Below, one piece after another: positions 56,928 through 64,000 of a stretch of 64,000 nt of DNA (position 1 is the first letter of the stretch; each line of letters opens with the position of its first letter). The notes beneath the pieces are model-generated. The model did not search any database. It was not told the origin of the DNA and worked only from the letters and a program-made list of their open reading frames with translations. The stretch is from positions 869 through 64,868 of the forward strand of contig CAZCZM010000003.1 of assembly GCA_964503445.1 (NCBI GenBank), in the 5' to 3' direction. The position numbers and the translations under genes were made by a program. The DNA comes from an uncultured Bifidobacterium sp. (GTDB taxonomy: Bacteria > Actinomycetota > Acidimicrobiia > Acidimicrobiales > Ilumatobacteraceae).

Positions 56928-59900
56928 TGCCACGTCGTACAGACATCCACAACATTCTCATTATTGGCTCTGGTCCAATTGTTATTGGGCAGGCCTGTGA
57001 GTTTGACTACTCAGGCACTCAAGCATGTCGGGTGCTGAAAGCAGAGGGGTATCGCGTCGTTCTCGCAAACTCAAACCCTGCCACCATCATGACAGACCCC
57101 GATTTTGCGGACCGCACGTATATCGAGCCGTTGACACCTGAGATCTTGGCGAAAATTATCGAACGTGAAAAGCCCGACGCTGTCTTGCCGACCCTCGGCG
57201 GACAAACGGGTTTGAACCTAGCGATGGCACTGTACGAAAAGGGCCTCGTTGGTGTGCCAGGTACGCCTGAACTCATTGGTGCAAACGCTGATGCAATCGC
57301 CACTGCGGAAGACCGCGACAAATTCAAGCAAGCGATGATTGAAATTGGGCTCAATGTCCCGCGAAGTGGCATCGCGCACAACATGTCCGAAGCGCGCGAC
57401 GTATTGAAGGAAATTGGCTTGCCGGTCATTATCCGACCCGCCTACATCTTGGGTGGTCGCGGAACCGGAATTGCTAACACTCTTGAAGAGTTTGAAAAGG
57501 TTGCTCAAGCAGGAATTGATGCAAGTCCCATTCATGAAATTCTCATCGAGACATCCATTGTTGGATGGAAAGAATATGAATTGGAAGTGATGCGCGATAA
57601 GGCAGATAACTGCGTCATCATCTGCAGTATCGAGAACTTTGACCCCATGGGTGTGCACACAGGTGACTCCATCACCGTTGCTCCCGCCCAAACACTGTCC
57701 GATGTTGAATACCAAAAAATGCGTGATGCTGCGTTGGCGTGTATTCGGCGTGTGGGTGTGGAGACAGGTGGATCAAACGTTCAGTTTGCGTTGAACCCCG
57801 AAAACGGAGACATGGTGGTCATTGAAATGAATCCGCGCGTCTCTCGGTCGTCAGCGCTGGCGTCCAAAGCAACCGGATTTCCCATTGCAAAGATTGCGGC
57901 GAAGTTGGCGGTGGGGTACACCCTTGACGAGATTCCCAACGACATCACAAAGATGACGCCTGCAAGTTTTGAACCCACAATCGATTATGTGGTCACAAAG
58001 ATTCCGCGGTGGGCTTTTGAAAAACTCCCTGGCACCTCAGGAGTCCTTGGAACGCAGATGCAAAGCGTTGGCGAGGCCATGTCAATAGGTCGCACATTTC
58101 CCGAAAGTCTTCAAAAGGGATTGAGGTCCCTTGAGCAAGGGCGTTTGGGTCTCAACTGTGACCCTGCTGAAGGTTTGTATGACACGCTGTCCGATGCGGA
58201 ACTCTTGGCAAAGTGTGCAATCCCAACGCCCGAGCGAATTTTCCAAGTGGGAGAAGCTCTTCGTCGTGGAATTGACGCAGACACGGTGCACGACGTCACG
58301 AAGATTGATCCGTGGTTCATCGATCAAATGCTCATCATTGTCGATGAACGACATGCACTGGCCGATGTCGGTCTTGATGCTGTTGGTCGTCGCGGCATGC
58401 GTCGGGCAAAGCGCCTCGGTTTCTCCGATGGCCAGCTGGCCTATTTGTGGGGCATTGACGAGCAAAAGGTTCGTACAGCACGTGAAGCAATGGGAGTGAT
58501 TCCCACGTACAAAACAGTCGATACGTGTAGCGCAGAATTTGCGGCGCAAACCCCGTATCACTATTCAACGTACGAAGACGAAAACGAAGTGAGGCCGTCG
58601 GACCGTCCGCGGGTCATCATTCTCGGTTCTGGCCCGAACCGCATTGGGCAAGGTATTGAGTTTGACTATTGCTGCGTTCACTCGAGTTTTGCGCTTCGAG
58701 ATGCTGGCTTCGAAACGGTCATGGTGAACTGCAATCCAGAAACAGTGTCAACTGACTACGACACATCTGATCGTCTCTATTTCGAGCCACTCACGCGTGA
58801 AGATGTGTTGAACGTTATTGCGGCAGAAACCGCAGCTGCCGGTGGTGTTCCTCCCAAGGTCATCGTCAGTTTGGGTGGTCAAACGCCTTTGAAGTTGTCT
58901 GGTCAGATTGATCCTGCCCTCATTGCGGGAACATCGCCGCATTCCATTGACCTCGCAGAAGACCGAGAAAAATGGAATCAGCTCTGTGAGTCATTGTCCA
59001 TTCCTCAGCCTCCAGGTGGAACTGCAGTCACTCTTGATGAGGCACGTGCAGTTGCACAACGTGTGGGATTCCCAGTGCTTGTGCGGCCCAGCTATGTATT
59101 GGGTGGACGTGCCATGCAAATCGTGCATGACATGCAGGCACTCGAGCGCGCGATGGAGCAATTGGCCGCTGACGGAAGTCTGGGTAAAGAGGGAGGTCTA
59201 TCGGCGGAACGCCCGGTGTTGATCGACCGTTTCTTGGCGGATGCGACAGAAGTTGATGTGGACGCCATTCGGGATCACACCGGTGAAGTTCTCATTGGTG
59301 GGGTGATGGAACACGTTGAGGAAGCTGGTGTGCATTCTGGTGACTCAGCATGTGCGATTCCGCCGCAAACTCTTCCGTCGTGGGTTGTTGAAGTGATTTC
59401 TGAATACACAACTTCCATTGCTCATGCGCTAGATGTTCGTGGTCTCATCAACGTACAGTTCGCAGTGCTTGGCACAACGGTGTATGTCATTGAAGCCAAC
59501 CCACGTGCATCTCGTACGGTTCCATTTGTTGCGAAGGCAACAGGCGTGCCGCTGGCAAAAGTTGCAAGCCGCGTCATGTTGGGTGCATCGCTGGCTGACT
59601 TGCGTACAGAAGGATTACTCACACCTCCTGTCTCGGGCGGACACGTATCGGTGAAGGAGGCTGTGCTTCCGTTCAATCGCTTCCCTGAAGTTGACACTGC
59701 GCTTGGGCCGGAGATGCGTTCCACCGGCGAAGTGATGGGTATCGACACGTCATTTGGACGAGCGTTTGTGAAATCTCAGACTGCGGCAGGAACATTGTTG
59801 CCAACGTCTGGTTTGGTGTTCTTGTCTCTCAATGACGGCGACAAACCTGCGGGCCTCGTTGTGGCGCGTCGCTTGCGTGCTTTGGGATTGGGTATTGCGG

Positions 59901-60220
59901 CCACGACCGGAACTGCTGAGTACCTGCAGAAGTTCGGAATCGGAGTTGACCGAGTAGTGGGCAAATTGTCCGAGATCGAAGGATCATCGATGGACAATGC
60001 AGTTGACCTCATCGCTCAAGGTGAAATCAGTTTTGTGGTGAATACACCGCATGGACGAGGATCACGTGAAGATGGTGAAGCTATTCGTAAAGCGGCCAAC
60101 ACCAATCGAGTGTCGTCGGTAACCACGGTGGAGGCTGCACTCGCTGCCATGAATGGACTGTGGGAGCAGCGTGAGTCGGAAGTGGAAGTGCGATCGTTGC
60201 AGGAGTATCACGGACGATGA
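56927..60220 (+). CDS. carB: carbamoyl-phosphate synthase large subunit
   Basis: 1097 aa with duplicated ATP-grasp halves and an MGS-like C-domain. TAATG overlap with carA. Confidence 0.97.
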   Translation: MPRRTDIHNILIIGSGPIVIGQACEFDYSGTQACRVLKAEGYRVVLANSNPATIMTDPDFADRTYIEPLTPEILAKIIEREKPDAVLPTLGGQTGLNLAMALYEKGLVGVPGTPELIGANADAIATAEDRDKFKQAMIEIGLNVPRSGIAHNMSEARDVLKEIGLPVIIRPAYILGGRGTGIANTLEEFEKVAQAGIDASPIHEILIETSIVGWKEYELEVMRDKADNCVIICSIENFDPMGVHTGDSITVAPAQTLSDVEYQKMRDAALACIRRVGVETGGSNVQFALNPENGDMVVIEMNPRVSRSSALASKATGFPIAKIAAKLAVGYTLDEIPNDITKMTPASFEPTIDYVVTKIPRWAFEKLPGTSGVLGTQMQSVGEAMSIGRTFPESLQKGLRSLEQGRLGLNCDPAEGLYDTLSDAELLAKCAIPTPERIFQVGEALRRGIDADTVHDVTKIDPWFIDQMLIIVDERHALADVGLDAVGRRGMRRAKRLGFSDGQLAYLWGIDEQKVRTAREAMGVIPTYKTVDTCSAEFAAQTPYHYSTYEDENEVRPSDRPRVIILGSGPNRIGQGIEFDYCCVHSSFALRDAGFETVMVNCNPETVSTDYDTSDRLYFEPLTREDVLNVIAAETAAAGGVPPKVIVSLGGQTPLKLSGQIDPALIAGTSPHSIDLAEDREKWNQLCESLSIPQPPGGTAVTLDEARAVAQRVGFPVLVRPSYVLGGRAMQIVHDMQALERAMEQLAADGSLGKEGGLSAERPVLIDRFLADATEVDVDAIRDHTGEVLIGGVMEHVEEAGVHSGDSACAIPPQTLPSWVVEVISEYTTSIAHALDVRGLINVQFAVLGTTVYVIEANPRASRTVPFVAKATGVPLAKVASRVMLGASLADLRTEGLLTPPVSGGHVSVKEAVLPFNRFPEVDTALGPEMRSTGEVMGIDTSFGRAFVKSQTAAGTLLPTSGLVFLSLNDGDKPAGLVVARRLRALGLGIAATTGTAEYLQKFGIGVDRVVGKLSEIEGSSMDNAVDLIAQGEISFVVNTPHGRGSREDGEAIRKAANTNRVSSVTTVEAALAAMNGLWEQRESEVEVRSLQEYHGR

Positions 60221-61167
60221 AATTGCAACGGGGTGAACGCGCACTTGACGAGCTAGGTGCTGTCACGGTTGGTGGAGTTCGTTTACGCACTCCGTTCATG
60301 ACTGCATCTGGCACCGCAGGCCACGATGTTGAATTCGCCCCGTATCTGCCGCTTCACAAGCTTGGTGCCATTGTTGTCAAGAGTTTGTTCCACGAACCAT
60401 GGGCCGGTAATCCATCTCCGCGAGTGCACACCGCAACATCTGGAATGATGAATGCGGTCGGTCTACAAGGACCTGGAATTCCCGAATGGATACGTGAGTC
60501 ACTGCCCAAGTGCGAAAAGGCTGGTGCGAACACCATCGTAAGTATTTGGGGACGAACCGTCGATGAGTATGTTCGCGCATCAGATCAACTCAGTGCAGTG
60601 TCGACTCGCATCGCGGCCATTGAAGTTAACTTGTCGTGTCCGAATCTTGAAGGCAGATCAGGAATCATTGCCCACGATGAGCAGATGTCGGCACGCATTA
60701 TTAACGATGTGTCACGCATTGTTGATGTTCCAGTCTGGGCAAAGCTCAGCGCCAACACCGATCGTGTTGTGTCCATCGCACAAGCTGTCACAGAGGCAGG
60801 TGCGCGTTCGCTCACGCTCATCAACACCATGTTGGGGTTGCAAATCAATACATCAACTGGCCAGCCAACTTTGGGTAACGGGGGAGGTGGATTCTCAGGC
60901 TCAGCTATTCATCCCATTGCGGTGCGCACGGTCTTCGATGTTAGGTCTGCGCTTCCTTCGGTCTCCATTGTTGGGGTTGGCGGTATCTCGTCGGGTAACG
61001 ACGCCATCGAGATGATGATGGCCGGAGCCAATGCTGTTCAAGTGGGCACCGCGTCCTTTGCGAATCCACGTGCAACATGGAACATCGCATGTGATGCTGC
61101 GCGGAGAGCCGAGGCACTTGGTGCGACGTCATGGGACCACATTGTGTCGCGGGTCCATCGTTCGTAG
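60217..61167 (+). CDS. pyrD: dihydroorotate dehydrogenase, class 1 (Cys catalytic base)
   Basis: Has [15 protein letters not shown] (class-1 Cys), GGFSG and VGVGGI. No membrane-associated N-terminal extension of class 2 is present. ATGA overlap with carB. Confidence 0.9.
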   Translation: MKLQRGERALDELGAVTVGGVRLRTPFMTASGTAGHDVEFAPYLPLHKLGAIVVKSLFHEPWAGNPSPRVHTATSGMMNAVGLQGPGIPEWIRESLPKCEKAGANTIVSIWGRTVDEYVRASDQLSAVSTRIAAIEVNLSCPNLEGRSGIIAHDEQMSARIINDVSRIVDVPVWAKLSANTDRVVSIAQAVTEAGARSLTLINTMLGLQINTSTGQPTLGNGGGGFSGSAIHPIAVRTVFDVRSALPSVSIVGVGGISSGNDAIEMMMAGANAVQVGTASFANPRATWNIACDAARRAEALGATSWDHIVSRVHRS

Positions 61168-61199
61168 ATGCGTTCCGTTGTTCGTGGTGTCCTCGCAAC

Positions 61200-61205
61200 T
61201 ACAAT
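61200..61205 (+). promoter_or_regulatory. candidate -10 hexamer TACAAT for leaderless mihF mRNA
   Basis: The sequence reads TACAAT-tgcttt-ATG(61212), a 6-nt spacer. Confidence 0.45.
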
Positions 61206-61211
61206 TGCTTT

Positions 61212-61496
61212 ATGGAAAGCAGAACCCGCGACCTCGAAACGGTGTCACGGCTTCGTTCCGCTCGAATGTCAGCCGTTGCCAGCGCCCAGAATGGTGCATT
61301 GGCTGAATTGCTGATGACATCTGACCCGTTCGTGAAGTCGGTTCGTGTTGTCAAGGTGCTCGATGTTCACCCTCGACTGGGGAAGGTGGCTGGGCGTCGC
61401 TTGCTCGATGAGCTCGGTGTCGGTCACTTCACCAGCATTGGTGAGCTTTCTTCTCATCAGGTGAGCGCCATATCGTCGGCGGTGGCCACAGCATGA
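61212..61496 (+). CDS. mihF: integration host factor MihF-like (actinobacterial type)
   Basis: 94 aa located just upstream of gmk-rpoZ, as mihF is in mycobacteria. ..VKVLDVHPRLGKVAGRRLLDELGV..IGELS has helix-hairpin-helix character. ATGA overlap with gmk. Confidence 0.7.
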   Translation: MESRTRDLETVSRLRSARMSAVASAQNGALAELLMTSDPFVKSVRVVKVLDVHPRLGKVAGRRLLDELGVGHFTSIGELSSHQVSAISSAVATA

Positions 61497-62047
61497 CGTC
61501 ACCTGTCATTGTTGTGGTCTCTGGGCCTGGTGGCGCCGGTAAGGGAACCATTGTTCAAGAACTGTTGCAGCGCGATGATCGTTTGTGGCTCAGTCGTTCG
61601 TGGACCACGCGACAACAACGTGAAGGCGAACCCGATGATGCGTATGTCTTTGTGACGCGCGATCAATTCCAACAACACATCGACCAGGGCGGATTTCTTG
61701 AGTGGACAGAGTTCCTTGGAAATCTGTACGGATCTCCCATGCCGAATATTTCCGATGGGCGCGACATCGTGTTAGAAATTGAGCTGCATGGGGCCACACA
61801 GGTGAAGGAGCGCCATTCAGATGCCATTTTGGTGTTTGTTCAGCCTCCGTCGCGGGAGGAGCAGCGTCGTCGTCTGCAGGGCAGGGGGGACTCAGAACAG
61901 CACGTCGTCGAGCGGCTTCAAAAGGCTGAAGACGAAGAGCGCCTTGGGGCAGAAATTGCCGATGTGGTCGTCGTGAACGACAATCTCGACCGTGCGGTGG
62001 CCGAGATTCAGGGCATCATCGGTGCGGCCCGCCAGGCCAGCCGATAG
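61493..62047 (+). CDS. gmk: guanylate kinase
   Basis: Has the P-loop SGPGGAGKGT, TTRQQREGE and the lid region. Confidence 0.95.
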   Translation: MTSPVIVVVSGPGGAGKGTIVQELLQRDDRLWLSRSWTTRQQREGEPDDAYVFVTRDQFQQHIDQGGFLEWTEFLGNLYGSPMPNISDGRDIVLEIELHGATQVKERHSDAILVFVQPPSREEQRRRLQGRGDSEQHVVERLQKAEDEERLGAEIADVVVVNDNLDRAVAEIQGIIGAARQASR

Positions 62048-62075
62048 CCTCACAAGTTGACTTCGGAGGTCTCAC

Positions 62076-62420
62076 ATGTCCCGTCAGAACGACTCCATGA
62101 TTTATCCCAGCATCGAAAACCTGCTCGACCGCGACAGCCTCGAAGGTTCAAAGTTTGCGTTGGTGACACTTGCGTCGTACCGGGCACGTCAGATCAATTC
62201 ATACTTCAACCAATTGGGTGAAGGTCTCGGACACATGGTCCCACCACAGGTGTCATCGGTTGCGCGTAAGCCATTGTCCATTGCTTTTGAAGAAATTGCT
62301 GCCGAGAAAATTGTCAAGATTGAACGCTTGCCATATGACGAGATGGAAGCAGAAGCTGAGGCAATCTTCGGCGCAGAAGACACTGACGACGCCGAGTCTG
62401 CTTCCGACGACGCGGAGTAG
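62076..62420 (+). CDS. rpoZ: DNA-directed RNA polymerase subunit omega
   Basis: Has KFALVTLASYRARQI and an acidic C-terminal tail. GGAGG SD at 62062-62066. Confidence 0.9.
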   Translation: MSRQNDSMIYPSIENLLDRDSLEGSKFALVTLASYRARQINSYFNQLGEGLGHMVPPQVSSVARKPLSIAFEEIAAEKIVKIERLPYDEMEAEAEAIFGAEDTDDAESASDDAE

Positions 62421-62449
62421 TCGCGTCTGTTTCTCAGACCACACCACAC

Positions 62450-63667
62450 GTGATGTCAGATTTCATGGAATCAGTGCGTGGTCGCCGCATCGTCCTCGGA
62501 GTCTCGGGGGGAATCGCTGCATACAAGTCGGTAGAAATTTGTCGACGCCTTGTTGATGCTGGTGCGCACGTCTCCACCATCCTCACTGAAGATGCTCATC
62601 GCTTTATTGGTCCTGTCACCTTGTCTGCGTTGTCCTCTGAGCCGGTGCACACCAGTTTGTGGGATGACGCATCGCCGATTCCGCACACACGTTTAGGTCA
62701 GCAAGCCGATCTCATTGTGGTAGCCCCAGCAACGGCGCGCGTGCTGTCTGCATACGCAACCGGGCTGTCACACGACTTGCTTATTGCAACACTCATTGCG
62801 ACGCGTGCACCCGTTGTTGTGTGCCCAGCTATGCACACCGAGATGTGGGAGCACCCATCGGTGCAAGACAACATCGAACTTCTCCGACGTCGAGGAGTTG
62901 TGGTTGTTGATCCTCAATCTGGGCGATTGGCCGGTGGTGACATTGGCACTGGACGTCTTGCCGATGTTGACACCATCTTGTCGGCTATCGATGCCACCCT
63001 CACGGGTCGTCGTCGTGACTTAGAGGGGCTCTCTGTTGTTGTCACGGCAGGAGGAACCCGCGAGCCCATCGATGCGGTACGCGTCTTGGCCAATCGTTCA
63101 AGTGGCAAGCAGGGGTACGCCATCGCCGAAGCAGCCACTGCCCGTGGTGCGTCCGTCACTCTCGTGTCCACCGTCGATCGTCCATCGGTTCCTGGTGTTC
63201 GTGTGGTGTCTGTGGAAACGGCAGAACAGATGTTGAATGCCATGAAAGAACATGCTCCCACCGCTGATGTGGTGGTGATGGCCGCAGCAGTTGCGGATTT
63301 CCGTCCAGTGGCTCCGGCAGAGGGCAAGATCAAGAAGGATTCGGGTGTTCCACAGATTGTGTTGGAGCCAACTCCGGACATCTTGGCAATGTTGGGCAGT
63401 GCGAAGCCTGCTGGGCAAACCTTGGTGGGATTTGCCGCTGAGACCAACAATCTCGAGGAAAATGCTCGCGGAAAGTTGCAGCGAAAGAATCTCGATCTCA
63501 TTGTGGCAAATGACGTGTCTGCCGAGGGTGTGGGCTTTAGTCATGACACCAATGCGGTCATCATCTTGGACGCTCACGGTTCCCAAGGGGGTGTGTCATT
63601 GTCAAGCAAACACACCGTGGCACATGCTGTATTGGATAGCGTGGTACGGGTGCGGTCACAGAAGTGA
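62450..63667 (+). CDS. coaBC: bifunctional phosphopantothenoylcysteine decarboxylase / phosphopantothenate--cysteine ligase
   Basis: Flavoprotein domain (IVLGVSGGIAAYK, PAMHTEMW) followed by the CoaB domain (VTAGGTREPIDAVRVLANRSSGKQG). Confidence 0.95.
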   Translation: MMSDFMESVRGRRIVLGVSGGIAAYKSVEICRRLVDAGAHVSTILTEDAHRFIGPVTLSALSSEPVHTSLWDDASPIPHTRLGQQADLIVVAPATARVLSAYATGLSHDLLIATLIATRAPVVVCPAMHTEMWEHPSVQDNIELLRRRGVVVVDPQSGRLAGGDIGTGRLADVDTILSAIDATLTGRRRDLEGLSVVVTAGGTREPIDAVRVLANRSSGKQGYAIAEAATARGASVTLVSTVDRPSVPGVRVVSVETAEQMLNAMKEHAPTADVVVMAAAVADFRPVAPAEGKIKKDSGVPQIVLEPTPDILAMLGSAKPAGQTLVGFAAETNNLEENARGKLQRKNLDLIVANDVSAEGVGFSHDTNAVIILDAHGSQGGVSLSSKHTVAHAVLDSVVRVRSQK

Positions 63668-63690
63668 CTGCATAGAAATAAGGAGTTCTC

Positions 63691-64000
63691 GTGCGGAAGT
63701 TCACGTTCACATCAGAAAGCGTGACCGAAGGTCATCCCGACAAGATGGCTGACCAGGTCTCTGACTCAGTCTTGGACGCAATCCTTGAAAAGGATCCGCA
63801 CAGCCGCGTGGCATGTGAGACTCTGCTCACAACGGGACTCTGTGTTGTGTCTGGTGAAATCACCACAGAGGCATATGTCGATATTCCAGCAATTGCGCGC
63901 GAAGCAATCAACAACATTGGCTACAACGATGCGGCGTATGGTTTCGATGGCAATACCTGTGGCGTATTGGTTGCACTCGATGCACAAAGCCCCGACATTG
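63691..64000 (+). CDS. metK: S-adenosylmethionine synthase, 5' fragment; 3' end outside the window
   Basis: GTG 63691 follows AGGAG (63681-63685). The translation [36 protein letters not shown] is the MetK N-terminal signature. The frame is open to the window end. Confidence 0.9.
   Translation, partial: MRKFTFTSESVTEGHPDKMADQVSDSVLDAILEKDPHSRVACETLLTTGLCVVSGEITTEAYVDIPAIAREAINNIGYNDAAYGFDGNTCGVLVALDAQSPDI

Noticed and set aside
1-64000. A search by eye for rRNA, tRNA, CRISPR arrays, tandem repeats, IS elements, toxin-antitoxin pairs or defence-system genes.
   Set aside because: The largest non-coding gaps (52935-53084, 2746-2856, 12887-12987, 18698-18812) contain no cloverleaf-like, repeat-spacer or terminal-inverted-repeat structure. 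Every ORF over 60 aa outside the called genes is embedded in a called gene. A proper tRNAscan, Infernal or repeat scan was not possible here.

Overview
This is a dense, almost entirely plus-strand housekeeping segment of an actinobacterial chromosome. The phylum call rests on mshC (mycothiol ligase), F420-linked enzymes, pgsA1-patA-pimA (PI/PIM lipid genes), mihF and a Bpa-type proteasome activator. GC looks moderate by eye. The retained queA-tgt pair and the extreme compaction suggest a streamlined non-mycobacterial lineage such as Acidimicrobiia, but that is inference only.

I call 66 CDS, 5 of them on the minus strand. I saw no rRNA, tRNA, CRISPR array, transposase or integrase.

Gene order: lspA-rluD, Rrf2 regulator, alkaline-phosphatase-family enzyme, bpa, dnaE, orphan, nitroreductase, (yyaL<-inhA), npdG, mshC, plsC, thrS-HIT-membrane-pgsA1-patA, [arsR / arsI-MIP-arsC / LLM oxidoreductase], pimA, degenerate M48-like protein, DUF3048 lipoprotein, pdxST, yebC, bcp, ruvCAB, queA-tgt, yajC-secDF, rel, hisS, aspS, rarA, alaS, ruvX, mltG, aroE, aroCKBQ, M24 peptidase, efp, nusB, DUF2079, pyrR-pyrBC-carAB-pyrD, mihF, gmk, rpoZ, coaBC, metK (3' truncated). 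From memory, the thrS-to-nusB stretch is collinear with M. tuberculosis Rv2614c to Rv2533c, and is here joined directly to the pyrR-to-metK block.

Most of the window is ordinary core genome. The items I think deserve a second look are:
- A composite pyr leader: a PyrR-binding loop whose 3' arm carries the SD of a 26-codon leader ORF. That ORF reads through a U7 tract and the only clear intrinsic terminator I found in the intergenic DNA, and ends in a GTGA overlap with pyrR.
- A pervasive leaderless-promoter geometry, TANNNT 6-7 nt upstream of start codons. It includes a palindromic bidirectional -10 in an 18-bp divergent spacer, and -10 boxes built from the upstream gene's stop codon.
- An ars module using an MIP channel, with no ArsB or Acr3, inserted seamlessly between patA and pimA.
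- An HtpX/M48 homologue whose HEXXH is replaced by HLLWR, paired with a DUF3048 lipoprotein.

I did not find a clearly new multi-gene system. All functional calls rest on motif recognition by eye, not on searches.
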